Of a stretch of DNA of 64,000 bases, positions 44,519 through 55,972 are shown one piece after another. This DNA comes from Hyaloraphidium curvatum SAG 235-1. Its lineage: Eukaryota; Fungi; Monoblepharomycota. Location of the stretch: positions 186,001 through 250,000 of the forward strand of contig JAIVFI010000015.1 of the NCBI GenBank assembly GCA_025558095.1, read 5' to 3'. The notes under the pieces were generated by a model. It was not told the origin of the DNA. It saw nothing but the letters and a program-made list of their open reading frames with translations, and did no database searches. Numbering within the stretch: position 1 is the stretch's first letter; every line of letters starts with the position of its first letter. The position numbers were made by a program, and so were the translations under genes.

Positions 44519-46522
44519 ATGAGCGCCAAGCTCCCCGGCCTCCCCGGCGCGCTGGCGGTCCCCACGGCGGGCGCCGTCGTCGCCCTGTTCTTCGTCGTCA
44601 TCGCGGTCGAACGCGCCTTCTTCTCGCTCACGGGTCGCGGCAAGCGCGACGCCGCCCCGCAGCACGGCGATGCGCGCAGGCGCAGGCTGTCGCTGGCGTC
44701 GGAGCAGTGGGCCCGGGGCCTGTTCCCGAGCGCGCTCAAGGTGCCGGCGCCCGCGATTCAAAGCATTATGTTTTTCCAGCCCGAGAACACGCCCACGGAG
44801 GAGGAAATCGCCGTCGCGTTCTACGATTCTGTCAGGGCCCACCTCCGGCTCCGCGCCGTGCTGGTCGAGTACGACGAGCACCTCCCCGAAGGCCCGCTGT
44901 GGAAGCTCCTCAAGCTGCTCGGCCTCGCGGGGGACAAGAAGGTCCCCGCCATGGCGTTCGAGGAGCGGGACGACTACCTGCTCCCCGAGCACACGGACGA
45001 GGCCAGGGCGGAGGACAGGAAGCTCGGCAGGGTGCTCACGGGCCAAGCCAGCGCCCCCTCCGGCGGACCAAGAGGCCCGGCGCTGCTGCTGGCGAAGCAC
45101 ATCCGCACGGTCGACGTTGGGAGCGAGGGGGAGATACTGAAGGACCTGGCCAAGCACATGGAGCTTGATTTCTTCGACGCTACCAAGGCTCTCTGGCAGA
45201 TCAGGATATACCGCGACCCGGACCCGGAGGCAAAACACAGGAACGCGGTTGTGTTCAGCATCAGCCACATCATCGGCGACGGTGGGCCGCCGCCGTGCCG
45301 GTTTCCGCGCAACAAGCTGACCTCCGAGGCCAGGCATCTCGCTGATGAAGCTCGCGACCAAGCTCTTCCAGTCCGCCGAGACGGGCGAGCAGCTCAAGTT
45401 CCAGGCCCCGCCGCGCTGGACGCCGCATTTTGATTCCTTCTGGGACGCCGTCAAGTTCAGGCTGTGGGACGCGTACCAAATGGTGCGGTCGACGATCCAC
45501 GTCTCGGCGTTTTTGTTCACGCAGGACACCGTCACGGAGCTCAAGGTCGGGGTGGGTGATCCGCGTCTCCCCGGCAACGAAACTTTCCTGATCCAAGCCG
45601 CAGTGGTACCCGAACTATGTCCATAACGCCCGACGGACCATCCTCCCCTTCGCCCCGCTTTCGATGGACGCCTGCTACGCCCTCCGCGAGGCCGCCAAGC
45701 AGAAGCGGCAGCTCAAGCGGAGGCCGACCATCAACGACATGCTGCACTCGCTGTTTGCGGGTACAGTCGCGACGTATCTGCGGGAGCGGGGGGATCCGGG
45801 GTTTCTCGCGGCTGAGGCGAGGGCGAAGAAGGGAGGCAGAGGGGCGCTGATCCGGATTTGGACGCCCTTCATGTTTCCGGTTCGTTGCCGTTGGCCAGAC
45901 TCGCCGAACTGGATGTTCTGACAGACACATTGGACGGCAGCACCCGGATTTCAGTGCGGATCCCACCGATGACTTGCACAACCTGTGAGTGACTGTTGGG
46001 TTGGTTACGACTCGCATTCATACCTCCACGTCTTGCAGATGGTCGATGTCTTCGACCCCTCTCCCGATCCACGAGCCGACGCCCCTCGCCCGCCTGTACA
46101 AGAGCCAAGAGATCAACTCGAACCTCCTCAAGTCCGGCCACGACGCCCGGGCGGCCATCAACACGCAGCGCCTCTTTGCCACCAACTTCGGCTGGGAGGT
46201 ACAGGGCGTGCTCAACATGCGGGCCACCACCGCGCACACGCTTACGTGGAGCAACGTCCCCGGGTTCCACAAGGACCGGATTGCCATCTGGAACCCCTCG
46301 GGCAAGGGGCCCGTGCGCGTGGTGGACGACGCCATGTTCGTCCTCTCGACGCCCACGCCGTACCTGACCTCGCACTCGTACGCGAGCAGGTTAAACGTCT
46401 GCCTTTGCGCTGATCCGGAGAAGGTCGAGGATCCGGCGAGGTTCGCCGAGATCTTCGGCGAGCAGTTCCGCGAGCTGGCGGCGGAGCTGGGCGTGGAGGT
46501 GGCGCCGGCGGATCGGTCTTGA
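44519..46522 (+). CDS. Wax ester synthase/diacylglycerol acyltransferase (WS/DGAT)-like O-acyltransferase
   Basis: N-terminal TM segment, ALWQIRI, SHIIGDG/ISL (HHxxxDG-type motif), TINDMLHS, WSNVPG, SYASRLNV..ADP..V.DP. Several introns. Confidence 0.75.
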
Positions 46523-47464
46523 GGCGGTGTGATGGCCTCGCTGGCACCGCTGTGACTCTACATCGGTGCGCGAATGGACACTGACTCTAACTTGCGCTGC
46601 GGAAGTCTGATCCGCGTCCCCGCCGCTGCCTCCCTTGCTAGCGCGTCAGCGGGCACGTACCCACGCCGCAGGCAGGCACGTTCCCCCGCCGCTACCTGCC
46701 AGCTAGCTTCGCGCGGAGCGCGCCCCGAGCGTCAGCGAGGCCGCGGCAAGCGTCAGCGCAGCCGCGGGAAGTGCGGGAGGCGGGCCGGAGGTGTCGCGGA
46801 GCTCGGGAAACGGCGGGGCGGGGCCGGGACGGGAGTCCCGGCCCGCCCCCCATGCTAGCTCGGGGTTTCGGACTTCGCCCATTTCTCGGCCGCAACGCAT
46901 CGTACGGGCCCGGACGACCCCGCAACGTGACCGCAGGGGGTCTGTTCCACGCCAAAAGTGGTGTCAGATTCCAAAAATACCCACTGCCCGTTGTGATGGC
47001 CGGGGAGCGTTGCGGGCGTGCGGAGGGGGGCGGTGCGCACGCCCAAACCCCCGAGGGGCAGCCCCCACAGACCGACCGCGTCCGAGGCACGCAGACCCCC
47101 GACGTGGCTCGGAGGACGCGCTCCATTGCGCTGCGCGGGCGGGGCTGGCGCGGGAGACGTGCCGGGAGGGGTGGGAGGTCGGCGGCACCCCTCGGCTGTA
47201 GCCCACCCCGCCCCTCCCATCTTCTGCGGCAGGGCCAGATATTCGGCGGCGGCGCAGGCACGATGGAGTACGGCAAGTTGGACGGCGCGGGCGCGGCTGA
47301 GCGGGGGTGGGCGGGCGGCTGGGCGGTGGAGACCGAGGCGGCGGACAAGGATGGGCCGCACCCAACGCGCGCGCAGGGACGCCGAGGAGCCGCCAGGACG
47401 TGGATTGGATGACGGCGAGGACCGGTCGAAGGGCGCGAACACGAGCGGGGGGGGTGCCCGTGTC

Positions 47465-47687
47465 GGAGGACTGCGAGGGCGAGCGCGTCGTGCGACTCCT
47501 CCGGCTGGGCGCAGACGTCCATTTTCCCGGCCCGCATGCCGTACCCGCCGCAGTATTCCGGCAGCGCGACAAACTGAGCTCCCTGCGACGCGGCGGACGC
47601 GATGAGGCCGTCCAGGGCGCGGAGGTTCGCGGCCGTGTCGAGGCTCGCGCAGTGCTGGACGCAGGCGACGGTGAGACGGCGGGCCAT
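47465..47687 (-). pseudogene. 5' fragment of a carbon-nitrogen hydrolase (nitrilase/Nit family)
   Basis: MARRLTVACVQHCASLDTAANL...AASQGAQFVALPEYC contains the catalytic Glu motif. Similarity stops after about 74 aa and no Lys or Cys catalytic motif is seen downstream in any frame. Confidence 0.55.
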
Positions 47688-48236
47688 CGCGGCCGGGGCG
47701 ATAGCGGATGAGCGGGTGCGGGGGGAGGAGGGGCGATTGACGATCGGTGAGCAGGGGCCGCCGCCCACGACGACCGGCGCCTGAAAGCGTCTCCTTGAAA
47801 TCCGTCCACTTCATCGTCGGGTGTTCAGCTGCCACTGCATCGCGTCCAGGCAGGAACCAGGACCCGTGGGGATGTCCTGATGGACCGCCCGGGCCGGGAA
47901 GGAACATGCCCGACGACGCTGTAGTCCGAGGTTCCAGTGAAGAGATCGGCATGGAGTAAACTGCGAATCTCCGTTTCGACTGGAGGCGCTCCGTGGCCGT
48001 CCAAGGACAGGCGGCTCTGTGACGCGGACCTGTGAAGCGATTCTCATTCCCACGCAAGAAATCAAAAGGAAATGTGATGAACTTTGGTTGGACTTGAAAT
48101 CAAATAGCAGAACCTTGCGCCGCGGCGGGCGATCAGCCTGGGTTCTGGCAAGTTGGCGAGGCAGGGGTCGTCCGGGTCCGAGCAAGCGCCCTGAAGGCAA
48201 TCTCCCCAGACGCGTCCATCGCGCCACCTTCACGCG

Positions 48237-50462
48237 ATGTCGTCGTCCGGAGGTCCTTCCTCATCGCCTGTGGCGGAAACGCCCGAGCCCTCGGGCACGC
48301 CGGTCCCGAAGCGGCGTTCCACGCTCTCGCCCAAGATGTCGCTATCTCGGTCCCTCACCGCGGGCTCCGCGCTCGGCACGAGCCCGCTGCCGGAACACTA
48401 CCTCGGGGACACGCCGCGGAGGGGCTCGCTGGCCGTGATGCAGGACCCGATCGCGGACGTGCTGCCCCAGGCGGCCGCCGCGACGACGGAGGAGCCGTCG
48501 CCGCCACCGGGCATCGGGATCAGCGGCGTCCCGGTCAGCTCGGAGCCTGCTGGAGATCCTGGGAATGGTGAAACGTCTGGAAATGGCGCGGAGACCAAGG
48601 AAGTCGTTCTCCCAAAGGGGACACCTCTGCCCTGGGGTCAAATCTTTGTGCTTCTCTGCGTGACGCTCAGCGAGTCGGTGCAGGTTCAGATTCTGGTGAG
48701 TTTCGGTCTCTAACGGTCTTCTGTCATGGAGATGGCATGCCTGGTTGGCACCTGAGCACCATGGCTCGTCGCGAAGCTGGAAAGCCCAGGACTGACCGTG
48801 CTTTCCGCCTCGTTGCCTGCCCTTTCCAGTTTCCCTTCATCTATTTCCTCGGTGAGCTCCTGTCGGAGTCTTCTCTCACGAAGGCCCGTCTGACACCGCT
48901 CACTCGTTTGCAGTGAAAAGCTGGAACATTACTGACGACGAGAAGCTGATGTCAGTGAAACTGCCCAGTCGTCAGACAACCCTTACTAAATGCTTCTTCG
49001 TGAGCAGCGGTCAATATGTCGGCCTGATCGGCGCGGCCTTCTGCTTGGCGCAGTTCCTGACCTCGGCCATGTGGGGCGCTCTGTCGGACCGGATCGGACG
49101 GAAACCCGTGCTGCTCTTCGGCCTCGTCGGTTCGACGATCACGGCTGTTGCGTTCGGTTTCTCCAAGTCCTTCTGGTTCGCCCTCAGCATGCGGGCGGCC
49201 AGCGGTCTCATGAATGGAAACGTCGGCGTCGGCAAGACGATCATGGGCGAGATCACCGACGAGTCAAACAGGGCACAGGCATTCAACCTGTTTGGTCTCA
49301 TGTGGGAAATCGGAAGGTGAATTGCGTGCGCAATCTTTGCGGAGTTCTGCTGACGATTCGGTACAGCATCATTGCGCCTATTCTGGGCGGTATCCTTGCC
49401 GACCCCGCACACCAATACCCTTGGTTGTTTGGCAACTTCCAGCTCTTTATCGATTATCCGTATGCCCTGCCCTGTATTGTCGGCGCTATGGCATCTGCTA
49501 TCGGCACCGTTGCCGGTTTCTTCTTCCTGGAAGAGACGCTTGGCCGGAAGGCAGCAAAGGTCGAAGACGAGGAGGAGGGCAGCGGTCTGAAGCTCAAGAA
49601 CATGGACAACGAGCCTCCTTTGTGCGAACGCTGTGTGGCCTCGCCGGTAGTGTTGGCTGACGCGTCGCGTGCAGCCTCTTCGGCATGCCCAAGCTCTGTG
49701 CTTATGCCATCGTTGCCTATGGAATCAACTGCTTCGCCAACATCATCTTCGAGGAGATCCTGCCGCTCTTCATCGCCAGTCCCAAGACGGAAGGCGGAAT
49801 GGAGTTCACGTCGGGGCAAATGGTACGCTGAGTCGGCTTAGTAATCCCCACATGCTGACGCAACTGTTTCTTCAGGGTGTGATGATGTCGATCCTCGGGG
49901 TGTCGGCGCTCGTTGTGCAGCTCATCTTCGTGCCCTCGTGGGAGAAGAAGTACGGCCTCCCGAACCTCAACATCTGGTTCCTCGGCATCGCCGCGGTAAC
50001 GTCCATCATCACGCCCTTCATGTCCTATATCGAAGGGCCTGTCTGGCTCATCTGGACTTGCCTCATAGTCACGCTTGGGTTCAACATCATTGGCTGGGGA
50101 ATCGCTTTCACCGCCCAGATCGTGCTCATAAACGACACCGCGCCGCGTGAGTCTGCTTGTTCGTTGTTGGCGTCGTCTTTATTTTGACAGGAACGGTCAC
50201 AGCATCCCGTCTCGGTGCGGCTCACGGCATTTCACAGACGCTCGCTGCCTTCACGCGCACTGTCGGCCCCGCGCTTGGTGGCTGGCTATACACGAGGGGC
50301 CTTACGGACGGTCTTCCTTATCCCCTGGATCGCACGATGCCGTACAACCTGTGCGCGATCGTCGCTGTCGTCGGCATCGTTCAAGGATTCTACCTGAAGA
50401 AGGAGATTGCCCTGTTCGAAGTTGAGGAGGACGAGGAGACGAAGCCGCTGCTGGACGAATGA
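48237..50462 (+). CDS. MFS transporter (ZIFL/tetracycline-efflux-like)
   Basis: TPLPWGQI, WGALSDRIGRKPVLLFG (MFS motif A), GLMNGNVGV, GEITDESN, YPYALPC, LGAAHGISQT. Multiple introns, including a 22-nt exon at 48830-48851. Confidence 0.9.
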
Positions 50463-50547
50463 AACGTGAAGATGGACGAGCTGAATCTGAATCTGGGTCC
50501 GCTGTGTTAGACAAAGGTGGAATTGGCTACACCTCTGATGAACAACC

Positions 50548-51276
50548 TCAGCGGAATGGAGCTACGGCCAGAACTTCATGAGTCCGGCTGTGCATGTAAG
50601 GCTCCGTTTCGAGAACCAAACGCACGTCGTCGACTCGAATTGAGCAGGGCGTCCATGCTCGCGCGGCCGCTTCCTCGAACCACATTCGGATGTCATCCCC
50701 GGATAAGGGCGAGGATGCCACGGCACTCCCGAACCTCAAGAACGTGCTATGAATGATCTGAGGGATCTTAAACGCAGCTTTCGCCAGTGTTTCGGGCGAC
50801 ATTCCCTGGCACCTCGGGATGAAATCGCGCTGGGCGTCTCCTATGACCTTCCGAAGTCTGGTAACCGAACCAGACGCGTCCTCTGCCCAAAAATAGCCCG
50901 CCGCAGGATCCAAAACTGGCCGAACAAAGACGATTTCGAACGGCTCCCGGGGCCAATCGGGATGTCGCGGAATGTACTCGGCGAACGCGCGAGTCCACGC
51001 GTCCTGGATCACTTCGCGCTCGCCCAGGTCCTCAAGAGAGTTGACGGTGAAAGGAACAGGCGAGGCCGCTGTGATGTGCATCGCATGATCCGGATAGAGG
51101 TGCACGAATGAAGGCAGGGCAGCTTCAAGCTCCGTAACGAGTTTCCGGTACGCCGACAAGAGCTTCTCCGGCGGCGAGGGGCCGAGGAGGTTGATGTTCA
51201 GGCCAAACACTGGCGCTGGAAGCCCGTTCCTCAAAGACTCCACGTAGGTGTCCGCCTTGAACGGAAAGGCTGCCAT
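50548..51276 (-). CDS. Putative 2H phosphoesterase-fold protein
   Basis: Intronless ORF with two HxT motifs (YP..AMHITAA and QIIHSTFLRF) about 100 aa apart. Confidence 0.6.
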   Translation of the reverse strand: MAAFPFKADTYVESLRNGLPAPVFGLNINLLGPSPPEKLLSAYRKLVTELEAALPSFVHLYPDHAMHITAASPVPFTVNSLEDLGEREVIQDAWTRAFAEYIPRHPDWPREPFEIVFVRPVLDPAAGYFWAEDASGSVTRLRKVIGDAQRDFIPRCQGMSPETLAKAAFKIPQIIHSTFLRFGSAVASSPLSGDDIRMWFEEAAARAWTPCSIRVDDVRLVLETEPYMHSRTHEVLAVAPFR

Positions 51277-51444
51277 GATTGCAGCGCATGTGGTACGCCT
51301 GTCCCCCACCCCCGGCGCAATGATGGAATCGTGCAGTCGCTGCTCGTCCGCGTACGCTGGAACAGCGCACCCTAAGGCGAATCAGATCCTCCATTTCCCC
51401 GAAGTCACAGCACTCTCATCTACATCTTATCCATGTGCCAGAGC

Positions 51445-54400
51445 TCACTTCTGCTCGCCCACGCCTGGCGAGGAGCCAGAGGGTTCCTCTGCGATAAGTG
51501 CCGATTCCTCCGCAATCGGCACGACCGCAGCATCTGCAGTGTCCGCAACAGCATCCCGCTCGCCCCCCACAGCCGCCGGCTTTTCGCTGTCCGCTGTCCC
51601 CTGCTCCAACGCAGCTGCCTCGCGTGCTGCCTCTGCCTTCCGTTCCTTCCGTCGCGCGAAATACCACATGACAAACCAGGCCAACAATACGATAGCCCAG
51701 TAGCCAAAGTAGGTGCAGACGGTAGCCACGGTACCGACAGCCCGCCAGCCAACCAGCGCCTGCAAAGACGAGACGCGTCATTCAGACGCGGTCAACTGGA
51801 TACGCAGAATGCCGACTCACGTTCATGATCTGGAAGAACGCATTGCTCTCTTCCGAGCAGCAGGCCGTCAGGTCCCACAGGACTTGCGAGCTTTCCGGAA
51901 GCTCCGGAACGAACTCCTTGTCGGCCATGGCAATTGTCCAGGTTATGTCGGGCTGCGTCGCATTCGCTTTCACGTGGTACGAAACCATCATGCCGGCGTG
52001 GATGTGGTCGGAAACATGGCAACTAGGCGTTCCGTCAATTATCTGCGCATTGAGGCGCGGACCGTCGCGATCACTCACTGGAACAGCCACTGCCCGGGTT
52101 CGTTGGCCGTCATGGTGGCAACATGGAAGCTCGCCGGAAGGAGGGGGATAACATCGGTCCGGCGCGAGGTGCCGGCCTCCACGAGCGTGTTGCCGTGCCA
52201 GTGTGCTGCATGAGCACGGTGGTCAGTTGGCATCGTCAGCAGCAATGGTGAAGTACCCACCGGTGTGCAGGTCGACCTCATTGCCAAACGCGAACGTCAT
52301 CCATCGTACCCGCTGACCAACGACCATTTCCAGCCCGTCGAGGTTGTTGTACATTCTCCCGTTGATCGAGTGCATTAAGTTCGACTCGATGAACTCATCC
52401 GCCTCCCAGACGGACGGGTCGTTGAGGACTTCGGGGGCGTACTTGGCAATGTTGTGCTCAAGCATGAGAGACTGGTTCTCGTCCGCCACCATCAGCGCCA
52501 CGGCGTACTCCCGATCGACGTCAGTGGGCTTGTCGGTCGTCTTGTCCAGAGTTCCAGGAGCGTAGACAATGAGGGGACCCAACATGCCTGAACCAAGCAA
52601 GAATCGTCATCGGTTGAACTGCACTGTGAAGTCATGCAGACCCACCAGTAAAGATGTCACGGACCTCGTGCACGTGCGAATGGTAGGCCCAGAGCACGGC
52701 GTTGCCGTCTCCCGCTGCAGGACCCGAGGTATCGCGGGCGACCCAGGTGTACACGTAGGTGGCGTTCGGCTCGATCCGGTTGCCAATGTCGTTCCATTCA
52801 ACCGTCGCTCCTTCCGACTCCATGACGTACTGGAGACCATGCGGGTGCATCGACGTGATGTTCGGCGACCGGTTGAGAAAGTTGATCTGGTTTTGGGAAA
52901 ACGGTCAGCAAAGAGCGGATTCGGGGGGTTCGCGAACACACCTTGACGATGTCGCCGACCTCGGCACGGATCACAGGTCCAAGGAAACCGAGCCACGGGC
53001 CCTCCTGCGCCTTCTTCCGCGTGAAGGAAGCGTCCTCGTACTCGACAAACATGATCCTGTCGTACACCGCCCCAATGCGACCCTCGCCGTGCAGGGTGAA
53101 TACGCCCGCTCCTTCAGGATCCCGAATGAAAGGAACTCCGTTGATGTGGTTGTAGCCCGACGGCGCATAGTCCCAAGTGACGATTTCGGCAGCGATGTAG
53201 TAGGTTCTTTGGGCGCACGAGGACGGCGCGGGCGACGAAGCGTTGACGGCCGGGCACAACGAGGACTCGACAACCTCGCGAAGCGGCGGCGACCAAGCAA
53301 CTTGCACCGATTCCTCCTGCCGTTCGTGGAGCTGCGGCGAGGAAACGTCGCGCACCCTGAGTGCCTTCCACGTGTTGGCAGGCGACTCGGCCACAGTCAG
53401 GTTCTGCGGTGCGTTCGCGTCCCACTCGGCGTAAGCAGCCTCGTTGTTTTTGATCGACACGATCTCCTCGAACTCGTGTGCCGCTCCTGCAGCTAGACCT
53501 GCGGCGATAAAGAACAGGAATATCGCCTTGTTGCCGCGTTGTTAGCGCCACTCATGGATGCCCGAAACGGCACCTACCGAAATGAGAAGGAAAAGCTGCA
53601 GTCTGAAGTGCCTCGCGCTCCGGAAAATGATGTAGCCGACGGCAAAGCCCAGGATGATGCCCGTCACACCCGGCAGGATCATGGCAAAGGGTTCGCCCTG
53701 ACCGACGCCGGCGAGAAAAATGACAGACTCCAACCCCTCGCGCAGCACGACGGTGAAAGCGATCAAAAACATGGCATAGGGCCTCGTGCTGATCCCGCCC
53801 CGGTAATCGGGGAGGTTCTCCGACGGGACAGCGGTCGTCCCGTCCGAGGAAAGAGAGCTCCGAGCTTGGGTTTCCGGGTCGACCTTGATGCCAACAGCTC
53901 CGTCGGCCGTGGTGACGACAGTGGTAGAGCCTCCGGTAGCGAGAGCCACCTTGTCGTCCGCATCCGCTACAGGCTCCTTGACGGTCGCCTTGCCCTTCTC
54001 GACGACGGCGGCGTCCTTCTCGGCCTGCAAAGCGAGCTTGGCCTCGAGCTTCTCCTCCCAGTGTTGGTACCAGTTCTTGGCCCGGAGCATGGCAAATGCC
54101 ATCCAGGTAATCAGAACGACGGCAATCGTCTTCATGATTCCCTCCCAGAGCGCCTCCATGCTCCCAAAGACGTCCGTCTTGAGCACATAAAACACGACAC
54201 AGAACACCACTCCAATGATGACGGAAATGCCCAACCCGGTGCCCGAACCCAGCCAGACCTGCCGCCGTAGGCGGGCGGCTGTGACCGGCTCATGAGGCAG
54301 CGTCTTCTTGATGTAGTTCAGGAGCACCCCGACGATGATGGCCGCCTCGAGGGTCTCGCGGAACAGAACTGAAAAGCGGGCGCCACGTCAGAAAGTCGTG

Positions 54401-54461
54401 GGAGCCGGCGCGGCGTGGCGGGCCCACTGAAGAACGCGGCTATGTTGAACAAATACACCAT
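51445..54461 (-). CDS. FTR1: Ftr1-type iron permease with a two-domain ceruloplasmin-like multicopper oxidase inserted in extracellular loop 6 (single-chain ferroxidase-permease, ~873 aa)
   Basis: Exons 54461-54428, 54368-53578, 53526-52942, 52886-52646, 52587-52261, 52205-52079, 52022-51821 and 51759-51445 total 2622 nt and stay in frame. Ftr1 motifs: RETLE, REGLE, IAAGL..AHEFE, LWDLTACC, ALVGW..TVCTYFGYW. MCO motifs: YYIAA..WDYAP, GFLGPVIRAEVGD, MHPHG, YHSH, HSINGR, HTAHWHG, WLFHCHVSDHIHAGM. Confidence 0.88.
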
Positions 54462-55037
54462 CGTGGCCCGCCTCCGTACTCGAAGGGCACGCTTTGAGAC
54501 CAATTGTGGCGCAAAAGACGGCGAGAGACCCGCCGGAACGAAAAGCGAGCGGGATGCACAGGGAAGAAAGCGGGGGTCAGCGGAAGTGGCGAACCCGCAC
54601 AAAGCGGCGGGATCCGCCCTCTCACCGGCCGTCTGGATGCCGAGGGCTCGGGACAGCCCTTCGGAACGGTCGCGGGGCGACGGCGAGGCCCTCTGGCCCG
54701 GGCGTGTCGCGAGTTTGTGCGGCCGTCGGAACCTTGGATGAGCAATTCCCAAGCGCTGGGAACCCAACGGCCTGGCTGAGCCTCCTCCACCTCGGAACTC
54801 GGAAGCGATCCCGGACCCAATCAGTTCCTATCGAATGCTAGAAAACAGCTGGTCTGACGCCGAAGGTCTGGATGCGTTCTGGCCCGGCTACGGAGCGCCA
54901 AGGAGGGATGACAACCATAGCTCTCCAAAACCCAGGTGCCATTGCGCCGGGAGCGTCGGGCGTCGGGCAAGTTCGGCCAACCCAGGCTTTCGAGAGGCAA
55001 ACTGGTAGTTATCACCACAGGAACGATACAAAGCAGG

Positions 55038-55972
55038 CTACATCAACTGATCTATCTTCCCCTTTCGTCTCGCAGCATACTAGGTTGATGTGGGCGTGAG
55101 CTCAAAGGACGGATGTTGAACGAAGGCAACTCACGGCATCATAGTTCGGTAGTTTCACGATGTCTGACTCCGTCATTTGCGGGTTCCGGGAAAGATCCAC
55201 CTGGGCGACCGGAGTCTTCAAAAAGATCTCGCCGGGAAACGTCCGAAGGCCGTTGCCCGCTAGCCTCAAGATTTTGAGACGCGGGAGCTCGCTCAGCGTC
55301 GCAGGCACGTCTGTGAGCTGGTTGTCGTCCAGAACAAGTTCTTCCAAAGAGGGCATGCCGCCCAGCGTGAGCGGGATGGAACGCAGCACGTTCTTCGACA
55401 CATCGAGCTTTATGAGCTGTCGGAGCGCGCCAATCTCGATCGGCAGGGAGGTCAGCTTGTTGGAAGAAAGGTTCAACGTCCGCAAGTTGCCGAGCGAAGC
55501 AATCTCGGGCGGGATCGAGGTCAGCTGGTTCGCGGCCAGCTGGAGGTTCTCAAGCTTGGACAACCGGAACAGTTGCGGCGGAAGGGAAGTGAGCTCGTTT
55601 GCTGGCACACAAATTAGCCGCGGAGACTTGGAACGGCCGCGAGCTCCCACAGGAGAAGTTCAGAAGCTTTAATGAGACGAAGAGAGCGATTTCCGGAGGA
55701 ATGGCGCTGAATCTGTCCTTTCGCCATCAGAAACGCGCCGCACAGGACCGAATCGAATGCCCACTTGTTAACGCTGAGGTCGAATGACCGAATCTGGTCC
55801 ACGGGCGCGTCCTGTGTGAACTTCTTTGGTATCTCTTTCAGCTTCGCGTTTGTGAGGGTCAGGACCCCAGTCTTGGTAGACCGCTCCACGCGAGTCCTGC
55901 AGCAAACGCGTTGACGCTTCCATGCGTCGTTCCTGTGGCTTAAGCCCACGTTTTTGACTGCTTCTGCCCCAT
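55038..55972 (-). CDS. LRRC57: Leucine-rich repeat protein, LRRC57-like, N-terminal Gly (possible myristoylation)
   Basis: MGQKQSK../RVERSTKTGVLTL..LKEIP, tandem LxxLxLxxNxLxxLPxxI repeats, last exon YAARRKGKIDQLM*. Several introns. Confidence 0.7.

Noticed and set aside
51445-54461. Reading the locus as separate adjacent FTR1 and ferroxidase genes, like the usual fungal FET3-FTR1 pair
   Set aside because: There is no stop, start or signal peptide between the parts, both junctions lie inside open exons, and the Ftr1 TM7 region comes after the oxidase.
54960-55060. GATA-like words upstream of the iron-uptake gene as SreA/Urbs1 iron-repressor sites
   Set aside because: Short motifs that fall at the 3' end of the LRR gene and are expected by chance; no clear paired consensus.
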